Positions 52,601-63,079 of a DNA stretch of 64,000 nt are shown one piece after another. A program made the translations under genes and the position numbers. The stretch comes from Tubulanus polymorphus (Eukaryota > Animalia > Nemertea). Positions within the stretch are counted from its first letter, which is position 1. Every line of letters starts with the position of its first letter. The notes beneath the pieces were generated by a model. That model searched no databases. It was not told the origin of the DNA and saw nothing but the letters and a program-made list of their open reading frames with translations. The stretch spans positions 2,914,001-2,978,000 of the forward strand of contig NC_134035.1 of assembly GCF_964204645.1 (NCBI RefSeq), in the 5' to 3' direction.

Positions 52601-55600
52601 CCCCGAGGGGTGCAGGGGTAGCGGACCCTTTTCAAGATAGCTAACTTCTCAAGTTAACATGTAATCAATGTTCAAGATTTTTCTTGCCAATTTGACTTAA
52701 GTCCTTTAACTCTAAGTGATTCATTTAGAGCCTGGAAAACGTCTCTAAAGCCTCAAATTTAAAAAAAAGTTTTTTGGGGGAGGCCCCCCAAACACCAGAC
52801 ATTGTGCTTGGATGCTGGATTGATGCTTATTCGAACCCCGTATGAAAATTCCTGGGGACGCCTATGAGAACCTGTTTTAAATAACGCACAGGTATGAATG
52901 TATATGAACATCGTTGTAATTCCAGTTTTTACGGCATCAAAAAAGTTGCGATATTTGCTTCGCTATTAACACTCCCTCCCGTTAGATAATACAGTCGAAT
53001 TACCAAAAAATTGCATCAAAAGATTGAATCGTGAGAGCATCTCAAAAACGACATTTCAATAAATTGTCGTTAAGCCCTTGGGTTGTTTATCCTATACCTG
53101 AAATTTAAGGAGTTAGCAAATAAACTGGTCGCTGAGCTATAATTAATTGGAGAGGCGCAGTGGCCAAGTGGACTAAGCCGCCGGTCACTGGCTCCAGGGT
53201 TTATAGGTTCAAACCCTTGTGACGACAGAGTTTCTTAGTCGAATGTTTTTCTCTGGTCTCTTAAACAACGAATCCACTTATAATGCCATGTGTGGCGCTT
53301 AGCGTTTTGAGGCTCTTAAAAAGAGCTATAATTCGTGCAAATTAGGTTCAAACCCTTGTGACGACAGAGTTTCTTAGTCGAATGTTTTTCTCTGGTCTCT
53401 TAAACAACGAATCCACTTATAATGCCATGTGTGGCGCTTAGCGTTTTGAGGCTCTTAAAAAGAGCTATAATTCGTGCAAATTAGATCATTTTTCAAAAAA
53501 TTGTTACCAATCTTTTCTAAGGGTCAGTCATACCCTAGAAACCTTTCAATTAACATTAAGCTCATCTCTTACAGTTTTCACTCTATGGAGCTCGAAAGTT
53601 TCTATCGATTTTCCTACTTTTATGTTACCAATGATGGGCACTCTGAGTGTTTTTTTTTATCAAATCACCCGTGAGTGCTGAAAGAGTTATGCCCTTGGAT
53701 GATATATACTGGGAGGTGGGTTGATCCGACGTGGCTCCTTAACTCATTTCCACCCAAACACGTACTCGTATGTTCGTTATCTCCCATCACATTCCTGCCA
53801 AAACCGTACTGGCAAAATGGTTGGCTTGTTTCTTAACTCAAAACCGTACCGATACGGTTGGCTTGTTTCTTAACTCAAAACCGTACCGATACGGTTTGCT
53901 TGATTCTAAACTCAAAACCGTACCGATACGGTTGGCTTGATTCTTAACTCAAAACCGTACCGATACGGTTGGCTTGGTTCTTAACTCTAACGATAGATGG
54001 CGAATTCATCGCACAACACCAGTTAGTTTAATGCCTTTTACTACTAAACAAACTCATCAGTTGTTCTATACAGTGTGCGAGTGACATCATCTATTGAAAT
54101 GGGGGCTGAACACGCATGAACGAGCATATATTCTGCAAAATACTCCCTCTGCACTGGTTATCGCTACAGATTTTATCACTCTTAGAAGAAATGCCGCTTA
54201 TTTTACATGAAAATGCAAGACCAGATCAAAGATATAAAACAAATTTGATGAGAAGATATCTCTTCTTGTTTTTGTTTTATGAATCTCTGAAAAACACGGA
54301 AATCCTGGCAAAACGCAGCATTGCCTGAAAAATAGGCGTGGCAGGCAAAGAGTTACGAATGTTCTTCATTTATATTCCCGCTTTTTTTCTCATATACCCT
54401 AATTATTCACTCGCCTTAAGCCCGCCGCACCGGCATAACATTTGTTTCGCCAAAACAGAAAACACACTTTTCAGAACACGTTTTGCCCACAAACAATAAA
54501 ATGTTCAACGGACACGACATTTTGCTGTTCGGCGTTTTGTGTTTTGCCTTCCCCGCACACGGCATAACAAAAAACAGGCTTTAACCTCATGTACTAACAC
54601 AATACAAATCATTTTCATCTCAAGTCTCAACATATTACAATTGATAACCAGCCAACAGAACGGATACATCTAAACTTACTTCGATGTCTGGGGACGCCAA
54701 CGTGGACCTCGTTCCAGTGTGATGCTGTAAAAGAATAAAATTCATTAATACAAAGCCTAGGAATTGGTAAATCGACCATGGAAAACATCATCTTGTTTTG
54801 CAGAAAATCTACCAGGCGAAAGAAAAAAAACGAGTCGGAATCTATTCAATCGTTGCGCTTATGAAAATCAGCACCAGTTTATGGGCATAAAAATGTGCGC
54901 CAAGAATTGAATTTGATGACCAATACAAATAAACCAAAAATAGACAGGTTTGATATCTGTAACCGAATTGGATTTAGAGCCGCCTTTTTTCAGGTCAAAA
55001 ACGATAAGTTACAAAGGTAATCGAACTCCGATTAAATTCTGTAACTTTGATGATAATTCTGACGAAAAACTCATAAGAATCGGTTGTTTCAAGGTAACAG
55101 AAGAATTAATACTTACTGCCTTTGCTGCTGTTTGTTTACGCTGATGACATGAAAGAAAAAAAGAGAATTCCTTTTAGTTTTGTTATTTCACGTTCACACA
55201 TTAAATACAGTAAATATAAATACATCAATAAGAGATACATAAAATATATGCACATATATCCGTGAGCAAATGCTTCCAGATTTTACTGTGTGTGCTAATA
55301 TTATATAAAAAAAACTTGATATATAAAATAATTCTAAGTGACGGGAATTTATTTCATTGAAAGCAGGATTATTTTCATGACTTTGTTCCTGGTATGAAAT
55401 ATACAATGAAAATCAGAAACAAATCATCGTCTGTCAGAAAGAAATAAACACCACAGAAATTCCATGATACAGAAAACTTCTCACTTACTTCTGGTGCTGT
55501 TGTTGTTCTTGTCGTCGTCGAATTCTGTCGCAATAAAAAAAAAAGAGAATTCATGAATTTCTTGCATTATTTCATATTCAGTAGCAAACATTAATAAACA

Positions 55601-58600
55601 CAGGAGATCATATTATAATTAAAACAAAAGACAAGTTTTATATCTGTATTCGGGAAAAACCTCGATATTTCAGTATTCGTTTGTTTTAGGGTTTTATTTA
55701 AACAATATAAAGTCCATTAAACAGAAAAATTCAAACTTACTGTATTCGTCGCTGTTTGTCTGTTCTGTTGCAATAAAAGAAAAGAGAATTCATTAATTTC
55801 TTGCATTAAAACTCTGATCTCTGTAACTTTGATATTTCTGTATTCGTTTGTTTTACAGTTTGATTCAAACGATATAGAGTCCATTAAACAGAAAAATTCA
55901 AACTTCTGTTGTCGTTGCTGCTGCTGCTACAGCAGCAGCAAACTGTCGCGATGAAAGAAAAGTAATTAATTGCGTTGTTATTTCATATTGAGTAGCACAC
56001 ATTTAACAGAGGTCATGATTAAAACGAATACCAGACAGGTTTAATATCTGGAAAAAGATTTCATCAGAGTAAACTTGTTACAATGAGAGAAAACCAAAAA
56101 CACCAAGCGATAAATCAGTTTGATAATTCCTTTCATCGGGATATTTGCACTTTAAAAATGACAATTGTAATTATTATCATTACTATTATCATTATTACTA
56201 CGAGTTTGATGATAATTATGAACTATATGCGCAAATATAAGCGTATGTGTAAGTAAGCGCGCACACAAACTGAAGACGAAATCAGTAACAACTTGCTTAA
56301 AGAGTTATGAAGTTTCAATGACTCAGCAAAAATGGTAGATATCATATTCCACCGAGGAGATTAATAGAAAACTTACAAAATGAATTTCCGCTTCTACTGT
56401 TATCTAGAAAAGAGAATTAACATTCATATCTATAAAAATCATTCATTAAATGATCAATGAATCTAAGCGCCAGTTTTATGGAGACCAATGTTTACTTTAG
56501 TAAATCTGGGTTAACTTGATTAAAAGTGAATTCAGTTAGCTGAGCACGGGTTAAAGATAATACCAGTCTAACCGGCTTCAGAGGACCAGGTTAAACAAAA
56601 CAGGTTTATATAAAATGATATCATAAAATCTAAACTTACTGGCGGCGGAATTTCCTCCAGGACTTCTGGCTGTTAGAAAAGAACAATAAATTCACATTCA
56701 GGTCAAAAACGATAGGTTACGAAGGGAATCGAACTCCGACTAAATTCTGTAACTTTGATGATAATTCTGACGAAAAACTCATAAGAATCGGTTGTTTCAA
56801 GGTAACAGAAGAATTAATACTTACTGCCTTTGCTGCTGTTTGTTTGCGCTGATGATATGAAAGAAAAAAAGAGAATTCATATTAGTTTTGTTATTTCACG
56901 TTCACACGTTAAATACAGTAAATATAAATACATCAATAAAAGAGATACATAAAATATATGCACATATATCCGTGAGCAAATGTTTCCAGATTTTACTGTG
57001 TGCTAATGTTATATAAAAAAAACTTGATATATAAAATAATTCTAAGTGACGGGAATTTATTTCATTGAAAGCAGGATTATTTTCATGACTTTGTTCCCGG
57101 TATGAAATATACGATGAAAATCACAAACAAATCATCGTCTGTCAGAAAGAAATAAACACCACAGAAATTCCATGATACAGAAAACTTCTCACTTACTTCT
57201 GGTGCTGTTGTTCTTGTCGTCGTCGAATTCTGTCGCAATAAAAAAAAGAGAATCCATGAATTTCTTGCATTATTTCATATTCAGTAGCAAACATTAAACA
57301 CAGGAGATCATATTATAATTAAAACAAGAGACAAGTTTTATACCTGTATTTGGAAAAACCCTGATATTTCAGTATTCGTTTGTTTTAGGGTTTTATTTAA
57401 ACAATATAAAGTCCATTAAACAGAAAAATTCAAACTTACTGTATTCGTTGCTGTTTGTCTGTTCTGTTGCAATAAAAGAAAAGAGAATTCATTAATTTCT
57501 TGCATTAAAACTCTGATCTCTGTAACTTTGATATTTCTGTATTCGTTTGTTTTACAGTTTGATTCAAACGATAGAGTCCATGAAACAGAAAAATTCAAAC
57601 TTCTGTTGTCGTTGCTGCTGCTGCTGCTGCAGCAGCAAACTGTCGCGATGAAAGAAAAGTAATTAATTGCGTTGTTATTTCATATTGAGTAGCACACATT
57701 TAACAGAGATCATGATTAAAACGAATACCAGACAGGTTTAATATCTGGAAAAAGATTTCATCAGAGTAAACTTGTTACAATGAGAGAAAACCAAAAACAC
57801 CAAGCGATAAATCAGTTTGATAATTCCTTTCATCGGGATATTTGCACTTTAAAAATGACAATTGTAATTATTATCATTACTATTATCATTATTACTACGA
57901 GTTTGATGATAATTATGAACTATATGCGCAAATATAAGCGTATGTGTAAGTGAGCGCGCACACAAACTGAAGACGAAATCAGTAACAACTTGCTTAAAGA
58001 GTTATGAAGTTTCAATGACTCTCAGCAAAAATGGTAGATATCATATTCCACCGAGGAAATTAATAGAAAACTTACAAAATGAATTTCCGCTTCTACTGTT
58101 ATCTAGAAAAGAGAATTAACATTCATATCTATAAAATTCATTCATTAAATGATCAATGAATCTAAGCGCCAGTTTTATGGAGACCAATGTTTACTTTAAT
58201 AAATCTGGGTTAACTTGATTAAAAGTGAATTCAGTTAACAAAGCACGGGTTAAACATAATACCAGTCTAACCGGCTTCAGAGGACCAGGTTAAACAAAAC
58301 AGGTTTACATAAAATGATATCATAAAATCTAAACTTACTGGCGGCGGAATTTCCTCCAGGACTTCTGGCTGTTAGAAAAGAACAATAACATTCACATTCA
58401 GGTCAAAAACGATAAGTTATGAAGGGAATCGAACTCCGATTAAATTCTGTAACTTTGATGATAATTCTGTTGAAAAACTCATAAGAATCGGTTGTTTCAA
58501 GGTAACAGAAGAATTAATACTTACTGCCTTTGCTGCTGTTTGTTTACGCTGATGACATGAAAGAAAAAAAGAGAATTCATTTTAGTTTTGTTATTTCACG

Positions 58601-59322
58601 TTCACACGTTAAATACAGTAAATATTAATACATCAATAAAAGAGATACATAAAATATATGCACATATATCCGTGAGCAAATGTTTCCAGATTTGACTGTG
58701 TGCGCTAATATTATATTAAAAAAAACTTGATTATAAAATAATTCTAAGTGACGGGAATTTATTTCATTGAAAGCAGGATTATTTTCATGACTTTGTTCCC
58801 GGTATGAAATATACGATGAAAATCACAAACAAATCATCGTCTGTAAGAAAGAAATAAACACGACTAGAAATTCCATGATACAGAAAACTTCTCACTTACT
58901 TCTGATGCTGTTGTTGTTGTCATCGTCGCTGAATTCTGTCGCAATAAAAAAAAAGAAGAGAATTCATGAATTTCTTGCATTATTTCATATTCAGTAGCAA
59001 ACATTAAACACAGGAGATCATATTATAATTAAAACAAGAGACAAGTTTTATATCTGTATTTGGAAAAACCCTGATATTTCAGTATTCGTTTGTTTTAGGG
59101 TTTTATTTAAACAATATAAAGTCCATTAAACAGAAAAATTCAAACTTACTGTATTCGTCGCTGTTTGTCTGTTCTGTTGCAATAAAAGAAAAGAGAATTC
59201 ATTAATTTCTTGCATTAAAACTCTGATCTCTGTAACTTTGATATTTCTGTATTTGTTTGTTTTACAGTTTGATTCAAACGATATAGAGTCCATGAAACAG
59301 AAAAATTCAAACTTCTGTTGTC

Positions 59323-59357
<35 letters not shown>

Positions 59358-60611
59358 AGCAGCAAACTGTCGCGATGAAAGAATAGTAATTAATTGCGTT
59401 GTTATTTCATATTGAGTAGCACACATTTAACAGAGATCATTATTAAAACGAATACCAGACAGGTTTAATATCTGGAAAAAGATTTCATCAGAGTAAACTT
59501 GTTACAATGAGCGAAAACCAAAAACACCACGCGATAAATCAGTTTGATAATTCCTTTTATCGGGATATTTGCACTTTAAAAATGACAATTGTAATTATCA
59601 TCATTACTATTATCGTTATTACTACGAGTTTGATGATAATTATGAACTACATGCGCAAATATAAGCGTATGTGTAAGTTAGCGCGCGCACAAACTGAAGA
59701 CGAATCAGTTACAACTTGCTTAAAGAGTTATGAAGTTTCAATGACTCTCAGCGAAAATGGTAGATATCATATTCCACCGAGGAGATTAATAGAAAACTTA
59801 CAAAATGAATTTCCGCTTCTACTGTTATCTAGAAAAGAGAATTAACATTCATATCTATAAAAATCATTCATTAAATGATCAATGAATCTAAGCGCCAGTT
59901 TTATGGAGACCAATGTTTACTTTAATAAATCTGGGTTAACTTGATTAAAAGTGAATTCAGTTAGCTGAGCACGGGTTAAAGATAATATCAGTCTAACCGG
60001 CTTCAGAGGACCAGGTTAAACAAAACAGGTTTATATAAAATGATATCATAAAATCTAAACTTACTGGCGGCGGAATTTCCTCCAGGACTTCTGGCTGTTA
60101 GAAAAGAACAATAACATTCACATTCATTAGAATTATTTGAAAAATAAGCATCTGGGGGCGGTTGCACGTCAATCGAGACTTAAGTCCGAAAGTGGTCTTA
60201 AATCTTAAGACTGGTCTTAAGTTGTTAGATTGGCTATAGAACCAAGTTGGTCTTAGACTGATCTTAAGTGTAAGCCCTGACTATGGAACCGGCCCCAGAA
60301 AATGTTTCAGTTTTGAATATTGATTGTAACATCAAATGATAACCGGTCCCGGGTTCAATTCCACATTTAATTCATTATTCCATCTGTATCCTGGATGGTT
60401 AGTGAGGTGGAGTGGACGGTATCTTTGATGGGTTGGTATGAACGCCAACACAAGGGGGAGTGGGGGCGGGGGATTTAAATCTAGCTCCGATATATCGATG
60501 ACGTAGTGCACATCTACTCAGGTAAGTATACTAGGTATCAATGTAGATACAGACATATTATTGGAACAAAAAAAAATGAATACTTACTATCTGCTTTCGT
60601 TTTGGAGCCAT
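38646..60611 (-). CDS. Spliced microexon-rich gene, 39 coding exons, ~699-aa uncharacterised, mostly disordered, probably nuclear protein
   Basis: Exons in transcript order, each bounded by pyrimidine-rich ..AG and GT: 60588-60611 MAPKRKQI; 60065-60094 PEVLEEIPPP; 59802-59828 ITVEAEIHF; 59150-59173 NRQTATNT; 58900-58935 NSATMTTTTASE; 58525-58548 RKQTAAKA; 58339-58368; 58076-58102; 57440-57463; 57197-57229 NSTTTRTTAPE; 56825-56848; 56640-56669; 56377-56403; 55741-55764; 55489-55524; 55117-55140; 54680-54724 HHTGTRSTLASPDIE; 51078-51158; 50591-50710; 49813-49839 TLKEKRKME; 49686-49712 RERKKKALE; 49409-49453 TKAAAAAAAKTAAAF; 48830-48874 KPTTTAAVAAAVPAR; 48488-48535 KPTATAPAAAAAIPVR; 48186-48212 KPTATAPKE; 47895-47924 SKQTITTTKE; 47679-47711 VTRKRRRSVDE; 47140-47175 QPVSPPKIPRDE; 46314-46367 NDDFPEPPPPEPEAPTII; 45346-45378 ESEIARIVQID; 44660-44692 RNEFHTCVNVP; 44518-44544 KRKLEVPAS; 43969-44010 DPVSPKRARVGPVK; 43100-43141 TETPATPPPPPQAD; 42753-42803 RDEIPPLRRSPRLRRRR; 42110-42155 AENAAAAPAVDATEN+1nt; 41527-41592 VIEEIRRNIAADPRYLLNFLTR+1nt; 39440-39675; 38646-39107 (stop). 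Joined frame has no internal stop and all phases match. Manual call, so exons may have been missed. Confidence 0.85.
39440..39675 (-). CDS. Coding exon 38 (236 nt, phase 1 to phase 0)
   Basis: Acceptor ttttatattttacag, donor GAG|gtaagc; EPILIETVEDGPEDVKEAIDLFHLNL...WEGELRE. Confidence 0.85.
40630..40693. repeat. (TA)n microsatellite
   Basis: Direct observation. Confidence 0.95.
40733..40774 (+). ncRNA. Minimal type I hammerhead ribozyme motif (Penelope-like retroelement type)
   Basis: ACAC-CTGACGA-T-GATCTC[tagggt]GAGATC-GAAAC-GTC-GTGT: core CUGANGA/GAAA, 6-bp stem II, 4-bp stem I, palindromic ACGU in place of stem III. Confidence 0.65.
40863..41020. mobile_element. Partial piggyBac-type MITE (one end)
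   Basis: TTAA|CCCTTTCAGTGCTGACTGATCAATA...; reverse complement of 62612-62748. Confidence 0.7.
41337..41470 (+). mobile_element. Penelope-like remnant: 31-bp inverted arms enclosing a hammerhead motif (41382-41428)
   Basis: Arms 41337-41367 and 41440-41470 (one mismatch). Inside: CTGAAGA-T-GACTAT[taggat]ATAGTC-GAAAC-GTT. The paralogous intron at ~33650 diverges exactly where the arm begins. Confidence 0.6.
44386..44480. repeat. 20-bp minisatellite GGCGGACAGACGGAGAGACA
   Basis: ~4.5 copies, intronic. Confidence 0.9.
46795..46992. mobile_element. Small MITE (hAT-like termini)
   Basis: CAGGGCTGCCAAC...GTTGGCAACTCTG; the paralogous intron at ~43815 lacks it (empty site). Confidence 0.65.
47370..47472. 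repeat. (CCGA)n microsatellite
   Basis: ~25 perfect units. Confidence 0.95.
50591..51158 (-). CDS. Exons 18-19 (81 + 120 nt): the only predicted globular segment, possibly KH-like
   Basis: EIETVFELKLGTSLRASFQKTLTRKHP|QVIVDTPRVHAIVVVRGPKVAVDNCYEYAHELRDRLVAQE; canonical AG/GT ends, both phase 0. The fold assignment is inference only. Confidence 0.75.
51614..52105. mobile_element. MITE with 14-bp TIRs
   Basis: CAGAGTTGCCACTT / AAGTGGCAACACTG (13/14); TATATT on both flanks. Confidence 0.65.
52592..52866. mobile_element. MITE with perfect 13-bp TIRs
   Basis: CATAGGCGTCCCC / GGGGACGCCTATG; no clear TSD. Confidence 0.65.
53152..53484 (+). mobile_element. tRNA-derived SINE-like element with a 139-bp tandem duplication
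   Basis: A-box TGGCCAAGTGG, B-box GGTTCAAACCC; 53204-53342 repeated at 53343-53481. Confidence 0.6.
53800..53987. repeat. 37-bp minisatellite with internal palindrome AACCGTAccgaTACGGTT
   Basis: ~4.5 copies. Confidence 0.85.
54990..60123. repeat. Three tandem ~1.7-kb copies, each carrying five microexons plus one donor-mutated exon
   Basis: Equivalent exons at 55117/56825/58525 (spacing 1708 and 1700); introns near-identical. Confidence 0.95.
60152..60298. mobile_element. Short palindromic MITE
   Basis: CTGGGGGCGGTTGCA...TGGAACCGGCCCCAG with internal CTTAAG repeats. Confidence 0.55.
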
Positions 60612-61889
60612 ATTTCTAGAAAACAAAATAGAGACATCATAAACATTTAAGCGACGACACTTATCATCATTTGAAAATTGGCATATCGATTGTAAACAAA
60701 TCCGCCAGATGACAGATCTGTAATCAGTCAGGGCTATGGAGGGTAGCCCTTGGGTTTTAATAGAAACAATTTCAGAGACAACACATTAACATCTGGCCCC
60801 AGTGTTACCGCACTAAAGCAGTATGCGTGGTTACTGCAGTTACATGGATTAAAAATTTCTAAGTATTTCATGGGTGATTTTTCAATTTTCCAAAGTGGAA
60901 CTGAACCGATATCATCATGCTTCAGTTAACATTTTAGCGGTGACTGGTTGATACAGATGATTCTCACGGGAATTCGCTGACGAAAGTTGCACTTGGCAAA
61001 TACACAAAATATAAATGAATTACCCAAATATTTCCTTGATTTTAGGAAAATTTCCGAAATTTATTTTTGGAAATATTTCCAAACTAGGAATTATCATTTC
61101 AAAATTCCATCAGGCCATACATGCAGTTCAACAGTTTTGGACGCAATGGGATACCGGCAAGGCTAATGAATGAATAAGACCCTAAAGATATTTTCCATTG
61201 AAGACATTTTGAGGGCACCAACGATTCCCTACCATTTTTCATTACCAGTTGAAATTTGGTTTATTTCAGAATGTTTTAAATCTAAAAAACTGATCAAGAA
61301 ATGTGGAACTGGGGGGTCCAGAACAGTGGAACTGGATCCTGATAGCCGCTTTAAATGAAATCTTTTTGACATTTTTGTTGAAGAAATTAAATTTGTGTAG
61401 GGTGCCAAAAAACCCAGATCAGTTATCCAAAGTAATACACACTAAATTTTTTATTTTCGTGTTTAAACTTTTCTCAACTTGGTCTCAACAGGACCAGTGA
61501 AACTGTATAGTCCAGATAAACCATCGTTTCTATATCCATCTGACACTGTTTTCAAAGGATTGTCAAAAAATCGTCTTTAACTGATTTGAATCAGAGAAGA
61601 GACTCCATTTTATGAACTAAATAAATTTTAACAATATGTTCCATGCCTACCATTTTAAATCATTTTCAAATCATCAAAAATCATATTTCAGAGGCATGGA
61701 AACACAAGAAACATTTTGTTAGAATTTAAAAAATGGCTGATCTTTTGTAATTGCAACATGAGAAAATGAAGACTTTTTGGCAATTCTTCAATATGGTGTA
61801 AAGTGGATGTAAATACAACTGTTTATTCAGACTGCACATTTTCACTCTGGTCGTATCGAGACCAAATTGAGGTGTTTTCAAAAGTTTAA

Positions 61890-62748
61890 CCCCTTCAGTG
61901 TGTCTACAGCACAGTGTGGTATATAAATCGGTGATAGATTTTGCTAGTACACCGCACTGTGGTGTCTTGATGTAATAAGTAATTAGTTTTTATCTCTATT
62001 GAAAGATGACAGCACCTGTCAAACATAGTGAAATACTAGTACCGTATTTTCCGGCCTCAGATTTTTACCCAAAATATCGTGATTGGGCGGATACGATCTG
62101 ACATAAAAAATCACTTCCCGATCTATGCCACTCTAATGCTCCCAATGATCGTCAAAATCAAGAAAAGTGGTCGATATTTATTTGAGGTCATTATTTACTA
62201 CCAATTATAATCTATTTTGAACTATTTTATTTTTACTTTGATTGTTCCATCACCGCACAGCGGCAATGGTATACATTTATATAACGCGCGAGTTCATCGT
62301 ACTACCACGTGTCAGTTCATACATTAGTACATATGCAAATCAGCAGTGAGCCGCTGTACTGCGTGTATGGCTGTGTGTATAGTAATCAGCTGAGTGAGTC
62401 TATATATAGCACAGTCACTCGGCGATGATAGTATACACAGCACTCTCACACATCGGCCAGCCTCTTAAATCGTCAATTAAGACAAACTAATTGACAAATC
62501 ATTGAATTAAAATCTCTGATGAAGGGCCTCGGCTGATTGGGCGAAGCTTTATGAAATCCATGTATTTTAGGCTAAAAAACTCCCTCCAGCTTATTGGCCG
62601 AAAAATACGGTAGCTAATGATACACCGTGCCGCGGTGTAGACGCACTATAGTGGTATTCCCGTTATTCAACAAACTAGGGCAGAATTTTTCAAAATTTTA
62701 AAATTATCTCCAGCACTATAAGCTATTGATCAGTCAGCACTGAAAGGG
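61890..62748. mobile_element. piggyBac-type MITE (TTAA TSD)
   Basis: TTAA|CCCCTTCAGTG ... CACTGAAAGGG|TTAA. Confidence 0.75.
62042..62610. mobile_element. Tc1/mariner-pogo-type MITE nested in the piggyBac-type MITE
   Basis: TA|CCGTATTTTCCGGCC ... GGCCGAAAAATACGG|TA (14/15); the host copy at ~40995 is empty at this site. Confidence 0.75.
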
Positions 62749-62784
62749 TTAATGATGAAATTTTATAATCGATTCTAAGTGTAA

Positions 62785-63006
62785 GGCTAAACAAAAATGA
62801 TACCTTGTTTCTCCGCAGCGGCCGGGTCATTTTTGTAAAATATGATAAAATTTGTAAACAGTTCATTTCTATAGCAGCCGGGTCTGTTATGGTAAAATTG
62901 ATCACGATTTTAAAAAAAAAGTAATGTATAGGGTAGATAGGCGGCCGGCCGGGTCAACATTTAAGCTCAGCAGAGCGGAGAAACAAGGTATCAATTTTTT
63001 TTAGCC
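62785..63006. mobile_element. PIF/Harbinger-type MITE (TAA TSD)
   Basis: TAA|GGCTAAACAAAAATGATACCTTGTTTCTCCGC ... GCGGAGAAACAAGGTATCAA-(T)n-AGCC|TAA. Confidence 0.75.
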
Positions 63007-63079
63007 TAAGATATTCTTCATCTAAGTGGGTCCAAGTCTAATTGGGTCCAAGAGTCAGTTTCTCGAAAATTGTACAGCT

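Noticed and set aside
52185-53225. Functional tRNA genes (B-box matches at ~52190 minus and ~53206 plus)
   Set aside because: No complete cloverleaf; treated as SINE-like remnants.
59507-59845. Plus-strand 112-aa ORF with a hydrophobic stretch
   Set aside because: Antisense and mostly intronic; the two sister copies have stops (TAA ~56254, TGA ~57951) at the equivalent position.
62516-62550. Third hammerhead-like motif (CTGATGA...GAAG)
   Set aside because: Lacks the GAAA core and a clean stem II.
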